Part shown: piece by piece, positions 56,701 to 64,000 of the stretch
Layout: each line of letters opens with the position of its first letter
Position numbering within the stretch: the stretch's first letter is position 1
NCBI GenBank assembly: GCA_964650475.1
Contig: CAZYRK010000001.1
Coordinates: 8,356 to 72,355 of the forward strand
Source: an uncultured Candidatus Saccharibacteria bacterium
GTDB lineage: Bacteria; Patescibacteriota; Minisyncoccia; Phycocordibacterales; Phycocordibacteraceae
Direction: 5' to 3'
DNA length: 64,000 nucleotides
The notes under the pieces: generated by a model
What the model was told of the DNA's origin: nothing
Database searches by the model: none
Seen by the model: the letters and a program-made list of their open reading frames with translations, nothing else
Translations under genes and position numbers: made by a program

Positions 56701-59533
56701 AGTCCTCAAGAAGTTTAAGTATTGCGTCATACTCTGACAATGCTCCACGACGCCACTTTCCACTGCGTAATTCGCGCACAACAGTATCCATATCTTTAAG
56801 TGCGTTTTCTCGCTCCTGTTTCCCTACCGGAACTGAAACTTTTTTAATCCCCTTATCTGAAATACCTAGCAACAAACCACTGGAAACATCTTCTCCATTT
56901 GCAAAAAGCATTGCCGCATAAAGTGCAAGCTGTCGTGCATACGCTTCGTTTTTTGCGGAAACACTAGTTCCTGTTTTAAAATCCGCCACAACAAGTTTGC
57001 CATCTTTTTTAAAGACCGCATCAATCTTCCCCGCCAAAATTACTGGAACGCCATCAATCTTTTGCTCCATAGAAAAACCTTTTTCAACATAAACCGGTTC
57101 TCCGAGTTCTTCCAATTCCGGAAACACTGCACCAACAGCTTTCTTAGATTCACTGCGTAGTTTCTCAAACGCCAAATCCCTTACAAGCAACGAACGCGCG
57201 AACACCCGAGAAAGCGCGACATAAGAATCTTCCAGTGTTCCTCCGGAAAGAGCTGTCGCGAGCGCCACGTGTATTGCACTACCGTAAACAAGCGGCGGCG
57301 TTGGTGGCTCATGTATACGTAAAACACGGCGCGCGAAAAAAGTCGCTGGTGACTCAAGATATTCGTTTACAGCAGACGGTGAAAGTCCTCCCGTTTCCAG
57401 ATACTGTTCCACCAATTCGTGTATTTTTTTTGGAGCGTTAATTGTTGCGTGCAAGGCAGGTAGAATATCTCCTTCTACATTGACCTCTGAAATATTTTTT
57501 GGCATCAGTAATGTCGGAAGTCTGTCACGCCCGGTGTCACTTGTACGTGCATAAAAAAGATACGCATAATCTTTTGCTCGAGTAAGTGCAACATAAAACA
57601 ATCGGCGTGCGTCATCTATCGTTTGTTTACTATCGAACGGGGTCGGTACGGTTGAAGACCTATTGTTTTTTTCCCAAGTATTTTCAGTACAATCTGGAAC
57701 AATAACATACTTAAATTCCATACCTTTTGCCTTGTGCGCGGTAATCACAGTAATGAAACCTTCTCGCTCAGTCAAAGAAACCTTAACCGGCGAAAGTCCG
57801 TGCTCCCTGGCGCGCGTAAGATCTCTAAAAGCCTCTGCAAACATTGTGGCTTCTGTAAGAAGCACAACATTTTCAAGGTGCATCATAAGCGCGCGCACAA
57901 GAGATATGTTGTCTATAAGCTCCGCATGTGACAAAAAGTAATCACGAGCTCCGCTCTCTGTAAAAACATATGAAAACGTAGCTATTGGCGTAAGTACGAG
58001 CGCTTCACGTACACAAGAAGCGATTATCTTTGATGTCTCTGGAAATTGACGATACAAATCGGAAACTAAATCTTTATCATTTGTTGTTCGCAAAAAATGA
58101 AGCATCTGAACAATGGGTACTCCCCACCAAGGAGCGAGTAACGCTTCCCGCAGACTTCCTGTGCGCAAAGGATCTGCAACATAATCCATAAGAGATACAA
58201 GAGCCCTTACTACAGGTTGTGCTGTTAAAGACAGATCACCAGCCCGAAGAACCGGCAGATTTTTTGCTACAAGCGCCTGTGCAAACAAATCCGCTGTTTT
58301 ATTTTTACGAGAGATTATTGCAATCTCGTGCGGAAGCACTCCGTCTTTTATAAGCTTTTCAACAAGAGCAACTACACGAGAGCGCTCATCAAGCGGGTCG
58401 GAAGCTGTGACAAAAGATACACACGCCGTATCTCCGGAACGCGTCGCAGTGAGGCGCGAGTGTTCTCCAGCAGAATCCACAACAGAGTGCGCCGTATCAA
58501 GAATATTTTGATACGAACGAAAAGAAGATGTTAGATTGATTACAACAGTTCGCGGAAAAAGCTTTGTGAAGGTTTTAAAAGCTCCGATATCAGCTCCTTG
58601 GAAACGATAGATCGCCTGTTTTTCATCACCAACAACAAAAATATTCGGATGGTCATCGTACGCAAAAAGCTCGAGCATTTTATGTTGGGAAGCATTAGCG
58701 TCTTGATGTTCATCAGCCAAAATATACTGGTAGCGCTCTTGCAAATCGCTTCGCAAACTCTCATTTGACGCGATACAGCCGACTACACCTGTCAAAATAT
58801 CAGAAAAATCAATAAGCCCTCGAGCGTCTTTAAGTTCTTGATACAGAGAGAGTACACAAACAGCTTCGTCAACCCTATCAAACCGGGCAATCTTATCATG
58901 CCCGGCTTTTGTTAATTCACCGATACACTTTCCTTTCTTGTACTGAAAAGCTTCGTCCTCTTTAATAGCAAGCACTTCTTTGCTTCCCCACTCACGATAC
59001 TCGTCGTACGTTATTCCTTCTCGCGAGAACAAACCGTAAAGACTTTTCAAATCTCGCAAATAAGTATACGGGGCTTTTGGTGGACGCAAAATATTTATAT
59101 CTGCCATATCAATAGCCTTTCGAAGCAAAAGAGTTTCTTCAACATCACCCATCAAGCGCTTATCGATTTCGCCTGCAAAAGCATCTGGATATTCCGAGCG
59201 CACTAGCTCCGCAAACCCGTGGAAAGTTGTGATAGTAACCTTCCGAGCAGTTTCCTCACCAATTAGTACCGATAGGCGCCCGCGCATCGTCCGCGCTGCC
59301 GAGTCGGTAAAAGTCAGCGCGAGAATACTATCTGGCGTCGCTTGTGTTATTCGCAATATATTTGCGATGCGCAATGTAAGAATATGGGTTTTACCAGTAC
59401 CAGGACCTGCAAGTACCATCACAGGACCCTCTACAGTATCGACCGCTTGTTTTTGTTCTTTTGTAAGTTTTGTATACGCCTCATCAAAAGCTTTGCTTCC
59501 ATGTATCATATGTTTAGTGTACCCGAATATCAC
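56699..59533 (-). CDS. UvrD/PcrA-family SF1 helicase fused to a C-terminal RecB-family PD-(D/E)xK nuclease (AddA-like)
   Basis: Walker A LAGPGTGKTH. UvrD motifs including VDEFQD as ADEHQDAN. C-terminal nuclease motifs GKIDAVF, VVADFKTG and QLALY. Confidence 0.75.
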   Translation of the reverse strand: MIFGYTKHMIHGSKAFDEAYTKLTKEQKQAVDTVEGPVMVLAGPGTGKTHILTLRIANILRITQATPDSILALTFTDSAARTMRGRLSVLIGEETARKVTITTFHGFAELVRSEYPDAFAGEIDKRLMGDVEETLLLRKAIDMADINILRPPKAPYTYLRDLKSLYGLFSREGITYDEYREWGSKEVLAIKEDEAFQYKKGKCIGELTKAGHDKIARFDRVDEAVCVLSLYQELKDARGLIDFSDILTGVVGCIASNESLRSDLQERYQYILADEHQDANASQHKMLELFAYDDHPNIFVVGDEKQAIYRFQGADIGAFKTFTKLFPRTVVINLTSSFRSYQNILDTAHSVVDSAGEHSRLTATRSGDTACVSFVTASDPLDERSRVVALVEKLIKDGVLPHEIAIISRKNKTADLFAQALVAKNLPVLRAGDLSLTAQPVVRALVSLMDYVADPLRTGSLREALLAPWWGVPIVQMLHFLRTTNDKDLVSDLYRQFPETSKIIASCVREALVLTPIATFSYVFTESGARDYFLSHAELIDNISLVRALMMHLENVVLLTEATMFAEAFRDLTRAREHGLSPVKVSLTEREGFITVITAHKAKGMEFKYVIVPDCTENTWEKNNRSSTVPTPFDSKQTIDDARRLFYVALTRAKDYAYLFYARTSDTGRDRLPTLLMPKNISEVNVEGDILPALHATINAPKKIHELVEQYLETGGLSPSAVNEYLESPATFFARRVLRIHEPPTPPLVYGSAIHVALATALSGGTLEDSYVALSRVFARSLLVRDLAFEKLRSESKKAVGAVFPELEELGEPVYVEKGFSMEQKIDGVPVILAGKIDAVFKKDGKLVVADFKTGTSVSAKNEAYARQLALYAAMLFANGEDVSSGLLLGISDKGIKKVSVPVGKQERENALKDMDTVVRELRSGKWRRGALSEYDAILKLLED

Positions 59534-59542
59534 AAAAATAGA

Positions 59543-59571
59543 AAAAACGCCTGTTTTAAAGAGGCGTTTTT
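59543..59571 (-). terminator. rho-independent terminator
   Basis: aaaaacgcct-gttttaaag-aggcgttttt followed on the minus strand by a T-run. Confidence 0.65.
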
Positions 59572-59599
59572 ATGCAGAACTAAAGAGCTCGTGAAAATT

Positions 59600-60403
59600 T
59601 TAGGCTACAAAGCCATCAATGACCGCCTTGCCGTCATACTTTTCAAGCAGCACAGCAAGGCTTACATCAGTTTTAACACGTTGTAGCTCTTCTTCATTGT
59701 TTGCAACTACAACCAGCGAAAACGGTGTGTCTTTTGTAAAACTATCTCCAAAGCCATGGTCACCAAAAGCAATAGTGAGAGAAAGCTCAACTTGTCCGAT
59801 AAAATCCTCTGTTGAAACCGGTGCTGTAGATATCTCAAAACCCACAGGAAAATCCGGAGCTTCTTTAAGCGAAAAATTATCCGTGAAGGAAAGGTACGCG
59901 CATGTCTCCGGATGGAAATTTAAATCCACCGAAAGCGTTTTTGTCTCCTCTTTACCGCCGAGAAGCCGAGCCAATTCATCAGCCCAAGCAAACGCATCTG
60001 CCTTTGCCCGGTCAAGCGAAATGCCTTTCTGTTTTGCATAAACTCCCAAAGCCCCACAGTCATCGTGTAGTGTAACTTTTTTAATACCTTTTTGACGCAA
60101 ACTGTTTACAAGCCTCTCTTTTGCTTGAGGATTGTCCTTTATGAGGATGCCCGATCCTGCGATTGCAACAGCGTTTTGGAAAGGAGCTACACGCCCATCG
60201 ATACAACAAACACATGTCGCTGAACGATCCACCATTTCTTTAACTTCATCTGCGTATTCTCGCGCAAGCGATGCAAAGCCTCCTTTAGCACGTATTTTTT
60301 TAATTCTTTCCTCAGAGTTCTTCCAAACATTTTCCTTTTCCTTCATGTCTTCTCCTTCATGGTTATGTGGCAATTCCGCCACGTTCGATTCCGTATGTAT
60401 CAT
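59600..60403 (-). CDS. hypothetical protein with a possible beta-carbonic-anhydrase-like zinc site
   Basis: CIDGR resembles the CxDxR motif and HDDCGA the HxxCG motif of beta-CAs. Weak, motif-level only. Confidence 0.35.
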   Translation of the reverse strand: MIHTESNVAELPHNHEGEDMKEKENVWKNSEERIKKIRAKGGFASLAREYADEVKEMVDRSATCVCCIDGRVAPFQNAVAIAGSGILIKDNPQAKERLVNSLRQKGIKKVTLHDDCGALGVYAKQKGISLDRAKADAFAWADELARLLGGKEETKTLSVDLNFHPETCAYLSFTDNFSLKEAPDFPVGFEISTAPVSTEDFIGQVELSLTIAFGDHGFGDSFTKDTPFSLVVVANNEEELQRVKTDVSLAVLLEKYDGKAVIDGFVA

Positions 60404-60412
60404 ATGCTTTGA

Positions 60413-61744
60413 TTAGTAGCTTTTCAAGTGCCGTGACTTTTCGTGAAAACGAATTTTCTCAAGAGCCTTCGCTTCAATCTGACGAATACGCTCACGAGTA
60501 ACCCCAAATTCCCTTCCGACTTCTTCAAGTGTGTGATATATACCGTCTGCAAGACCGTGCCTAAGCTCAAGAATTTTGCGCTCTTTTGGTGATAAGTCTC
60601 CGAGTATGTCGCGCACTTGCGTTGCAAGAATTCGTTCCGATGACTCTTGCACAGGAGAAGGTACCTTATCATCTGCAATAAAGTCACCGAGAGTGGAGCG
60701 TTCATCACTTCCGTCGCCGACAGGGTTTTCAAGTGAAAGTGTGTCTTGATTGATTTTCTCTATCTGATAAATTTTTTCCGGTTCAACATTCATTTCAACA
60801 GCAACCTCTTCCGGTTGCGGGTCACGCCCGAGCATCTGCGCCAAACGGCGAGATATCTGTTTGTACTTTGCGATTGTTTCAACCATATGCACAGGAATAC
60901 GAATCGTACGCGACTGATCCGCCAGTGCGCGCGTAATAGCTTGTCGAATCCACCATGTCGCGTATGTAGAAAACTTATACCCGCGTTTCCAGTCAAATTT
61001 ATCAACAGCTTTGAAAAGTCCGAGGTTTCCTTCTTGGATAAGGTCGAGCAATGTCAAATCCGGCGAGCGACCAACATATTTTTTAGCAATAGAAACCACC
61101 AAACGTAAGTTCGAACGGGCTAAAATATTTCGAGCTTCGCCATCACCAGACTCAATGCGCTGCGCAAGCTCGCGCTCCTCAACAGCGGTTAAAAGCGGGT
61201 ACTGACCGATTTCTCTAAGATAAATCTGTATTGAATTATACGCTTTTGATTCTCGAGACTTTATATTGCGTGTTGCAAGATATTTGTCTGCGTCATCTTC
61301 AAGCATTCCGCCTTCAAGAACGTCTACCCCAGCTGTTGCAAGCTTTTCATAAAGATCTTCAAGAAATTCTACATTGTTTTCTACATGTGGAAACTCTTTT
61401 AAAATCTCACTGTAAGTAACGTATCCCCGTTCACGACCTTTCGAAACAATCGATTCGGCTTGCGCATTCATTTTTATACGGCCTCTGGACAATTTTTTTG
61501 TTGTGGTTTTTTTTGTTTTTTTAGTATTAGTAACTGCTGTCTTTTTTGTAAGCGGATGCTTTGTTGTTTTTACAATTTTCGCCGTTTTCTTTTTCAAAAC
61601 TGTTTTCTTGGATACCGGTTTCTTTACCACGGTGCGTACCGCTTTTTTTGCCACAGTTGCCACAGTACGTGCCACTTGCTTCTTTACGCTTTCGCGGTTC
61701 GCTTTTACGGTAGTTGTCTTCTTTTTTGTTTTTATTGTTGCCAT
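60413..61744 (-). CDS. rpoD: RNA polymerase sigma-70 factor RpoD with a Lys/Thr-rich basic N-terminal extension
   Basis: Region 2 [40 protein letters not shown]. Region 4 [27 protein letters not shown]. The first ~90 aa are K/T/V-rich. Confidence 0.9.
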   Translation of the reverse strand: MATIKTKKKTTTVKANRESVKKQVARTVATVAKKAVRTVVKKPVSKKTVLKKKTAKIVKTTKHPLTKKTAVTNTKKTKKTTTKKLSRGRIKMNAQAESIVSKGRERGYVTYSEILKEFPHVENNVEFLEDLYEKLATAGVDVLEGGMLEDDADKYLATRNIKSRESKAYNSIQIYLREIGQYPLLTAVEERELAQRIESGDGEARNILARSNLRLVVSIAKKYVGRSPDLTLLDLIQEGNLGLFKAVDKFDWKRGYKFSTYATWWIRQAITRALADQSRTIRIPVHMVETIAKYKQISRRLAQMLGRDPQPEEVAVEMNVEPEKIYQIEKINQDTLSLENPVGDGSDERSTLGDFIADDKVPSPVQESSERILATQVRDILGDLSPKERKILELRHGLADGIYHTLEEVGREFGVTRERIRQIEAKALEKIRFHEKSRHLKSY

Positions 61745-61748
61745 AATT

Positions 61749-63443
61749 TTATAGTAGATTCTTTGTACTTTTTGCCATACATTTTATCAAGTCCGCACAA
61801 GCTTCCTCTGCAAGTGTCTCAGCTTTACTGTCTCCAGCCACTTGCGCACACCGGAGTTTATCAAGCATTGCCTCGTATTTCTCCTTTAATAAGGACTGTT
61901 CAAATACACCGATTAGTTCATCTACCGCTTCCTCCGATGGTTCTTCACCAAACAAAATCTCCGTTTCAAATACGGCTTTCTCTGAGGGCTCCGGAAGCGG
62001 AGTGTTCCCTACTATTCGAGCGTACTCGTTTTGTATGCGTTTAGCAAGGGGGCTTTCTGGATAACTCGTAACTATACTTGCTAATATTTCCGCACGCGCA
62101 GTTGTTACAGATGGTTTATTTTCCTCTTTCGGAGAGACAATTCTAGCCTTACCGGAAATTTCTTGTGTTTCTGGAATCGCAGAAAGAGATTCTCGCACAG
62201 CCTCATTGGTAGTAGCAAGAGCTTGCGCGACTATCCCAACGAAGTGCTCTCTTTCGAGAGGGCTTTTGACAGCCTTAACAAGCGGAAGCACTTTCGTTTC
62301 AACAGCCTGTACTAGTTTGTGCGTATCTTTCTCTTTTTTTGCCAGTGTTTCAAGAAAAAACTCGACTACGGACTTTGCTTCCGTAACACGTGTGGCAAAG
62401 TCTTTTGCATCATGCGAAATGATATCCGCAGGGTCCTTTCCTTCAGGTAGCATTACAGCTTTTACACGCATGCCTGCCTTAAGCGCGAGCTTCGCAGAGC
62501 GCTCGGTTGCAGAAAGCCCTGCGTCATCACTGTCAAGAACAAGCATTATGTTATCCGCATATCTTTTTATAATGGACAAATGATGCTCTGAAAGCGCAGT
62601 TCCGGATAATGCGATAGCGTTTGTGAAGCCTGCTTGATGGCAATGCAGAACATCCATCTGCCCTTCAACCAATAAAGCGAACCCCCGTACGCGTATTGCA
62701 TCTTTCGCTCTGTCCATCCCAAAGATAATCTCTGATTTTTTGAACAGTTCGGTTTCCGGCGAATTCAGATACTTTGCTTGCTCATCTGCATCCAGCGTCC
62801 TTCCAGTAAATGCCACAGTCCGTCCTGCGATATCACATATCGGAAACATTAATCTGTTACGAAAACGATCGTAGAAAGTACCCTGCTTCCCACTCGACTC
62901 TTTAATAAGCCCTGCAGATATTAATTCTTCTTTTGAAAAGCCTTGTGCAGACAATGCTTCTAAGAGGTTTCGCCAACCATCTAAGGCATATCCCACGCTC
63001 CAAGAACGAATAGTTTCCTCAGAAAGCCCTCGACTTTTTGCATACGAATACGCATCACTCTCGCTTGGAAGTTGAGATGTAAAGTACAATACTGCGCGCG
63101 CAAGCGCCTCACGCGTTCGCTCATGTTTAGAACGATCAGCCCCAGACTTATGTTCATAGTGCAAAGGAACTCCAGCTTTCTCTGCAAGAATTTTAAGAGC
63201 CCCCTTAAAATCGACACCCTCCATACTTTCGATGAAAGTAAACATGTCGCCTCCCTGTCCACTCGAAAAACAATGGTACGTACCTCGCTCAGGCGAAACA
63301 AAGAAAGACGGTGTCTTTTCCTTATTGAACGGGGAAAGCCCGCGCCAATGTTTACCTGCGCGCGCAAGTTTTACATACGGTTGCACTACATCATTAATGC
63401 TCAGTTTTTCTTTTATCTCCTGAACCGTGTCGCGGTTCGCCAT
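61749..63443 (-). CDS. dnaG: DNA primase DnaG (with degenerate zinc-binding motif)
   Basis: TOPRIM motifs EGQMD and LVLDSDDAG. The N-terminal [34 protein letters not shown] keeps only one of the four usual Cys/His ligands. Confidence 0.85.
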   Translation of the reverse strand: MANRDTVQEIKEKLSINDVVQPYVKLARAGKHWRGLSPFNKEKTPSFFVSPERGTYHCFSSGQGGDMFTFIESMEGVDFKGALKILAEKAGVPLHYEHKSGADRSKHERTREALARAVLYFTSQLPSESDAYSYAKSRGLSEETIRSWSVGYALDGWRNLLEALSAQGFSKEELISAGLIKESSGKQGTFYDRFRNRLMFPICDIAGRTVAFTGRTLDADEQAKYLNSPETELFKKSEIIFGMDRAKDAIRVRGFALLVEGQMDVLHCHQAGFTNAIALSGTALSEHHLSIIKRYADNIMLVLDSDDAGLSATERSAKLALKAGMRVKAVMLPEGKDPADIISHDAKDFATRVTEAKSVVEFFLETLAKKEKDTHKLVQAVETKVLPLVKAVKSPLEREHFVGIVAQALATTNEAVRESLSAIPETQEISGKARIVSPKEENKPSVTTARAEILASIVTSYPESPLAKRIQNEYARIVGNTPLPEPSEKAVFETEILFGEEPSEEAVDELIGVFEQSLLKEKYEAMLDKLRCAQVAGDSKAETLAEEACADLIKCMAKSTKNLL

Positions 63444-63461
63444 ATCTTATATTTTCAGATT

Positions 63462-64000
63462 TTATTTACCTTTCTCGGATTCCAAACGCTCCGCGTGCAT
63501 TTTTGCAATCGCCTCAAACTTTTTGCTTCCTGCAAAACCTGTCCCTGCCGGAATCAAACGACCAAGAATAATATTTTCCTTGAGTCCTCGCAAGCGGTCT
63601 ACCGAGCCTTTAAGTGCCGCGTTAATAAGAATCTTGGTTGTCTGTTCGAACGACGCGGCAGAAAGGAACGATCTTCGCGAAAGCGCGGACTCCTTAATTC
63701 CGAGTACAATTTCTTTAGCTTTAGGTGGCATTTTGTTTTCTGCTTCACAGGTAGCTTCTGTCTGTACAAACTCCCACCCCTCAATGACATCACCAACAGA
63801 ATAATCGGAATCACCCGCATCGGAAATACGTACACGAGAAAACATCTGCTTCACAACAACTTCAATATGTTTGCGAGAAACCGTAGCTCCTTGCAATTCA
63901 TAAATCTTTGTTGTTTCCGCAATAATATATTCCTGTGTGGCAGCGCGTCCAGCGTGCTCAAAGAGCTCCGTAAGGTTTGCAGAACCATCAGTGAGTATTT
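63462..64000 (-). CDS. rpoC: DNA-directed RNA polymerase beta' subunit, C-terminal end (gene continues beyond the window end)
   Basis: ...YELQGATVSRKHIEVVVKQM... matches E. coli [20 protein letters not shown]. C-terminal ENIILGRLIPAGTGF. The frame is open to position 64000; the ORF-track 'M' is a TTG. Confidence 0.85.
   Translation of the reverse strand, partial: ILTDGSANLTELFEHAGRAATQEYIIAETTKIYELQGATVSRKHIEVVVKQMFSRVRISDAGDSDYSVGDVIEGWEFVQTEATCEAENKMPPKAKEIVLGIKESALSRRSFLSAASFEQTTKILINAALKGSVDRLRGLKENIILGRLIPAGTGFAGSKKFEAIAKMHAERLESEKGK

Noticed and set aside
56596-56781. 61-aa ORF ending in QTPNPKPQTPNPKP
   Set aside because: It is a translation of the (GGGGTTT)n microsatellite, not a gene.

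Overview
This 64-kb window appears to be chromosomal DNA from a small-genome bacterium. Compact, overlapping genes and reduced but syntenic housekeeping clusters (mraZ-rsmH-ftsL-ftsI-murF; mreBCD-mrdA; frr-rseP-proS lacking uppS/cdsA/dxr; rpoC-dnaG-rpoD) suggest a CPR/Patescibacteria-like organism, though that is an inference.

The 5' end (1-6940) is an accessory island at the 3' end of tRNA-Glu(CTC). The tRNA 3' end plus flank is duplicated as att-like direct repeats. The island carries a class II Fic protein and a translationally coupled pair: a PLD-nuclease/SNF2-helicase fusion followed by an Eco57I/PglX-type N6-adenine methyltransferase. The methyltransferase ORF runs off the window start and is absent from the supplied ORF track. 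I consider this pair the best candidate for an undescribed defence (restriction-like) system.

A second tRNA, tRNA-Asn(GTT), also carries degenerate 3'-end copies and a truncated RhuM-family gene, so it is a second decayed integration site.

Other content:
- Core metabolism: a glycerate kinase / PEP synthase / enolase / 2-hydroxyacid dehydrogenase block.
- Glycan genes: a cupin plus GH130-like cluster, including a membrane-anchored GH130 and a tandem two-domain GH130, followed by a HAD phosphatase.
- Transport: three P-type ATPases, one of them a degenerate P1B-like paralog (DKTRT, TNEQ, no CPC).
- A 1083-aa beta-helix/CBM/PG-binding surface protein with a 3D-domain partner.
- An arsR / thioredoxin-like / COG0701 permease operon with a 17-4-17 operator over the start codon.
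- A UvrD-nuclease fusion.
- A DnaG whose zinc-finger ligands are mostly lost.
- An RpoD with a Lys/Thr-rich basic N-terminal tail.

Non-coding highlights:
- A perfect 60-bp palindrome centred on CTGCAG.
- A mosaic family of hairpin-rich intergenic repeats at three loci (plus one module near tRNA-Asn), one copy of which has expanded into a (GGGGTTT)5 G-quadruplex-capable microsatellite.
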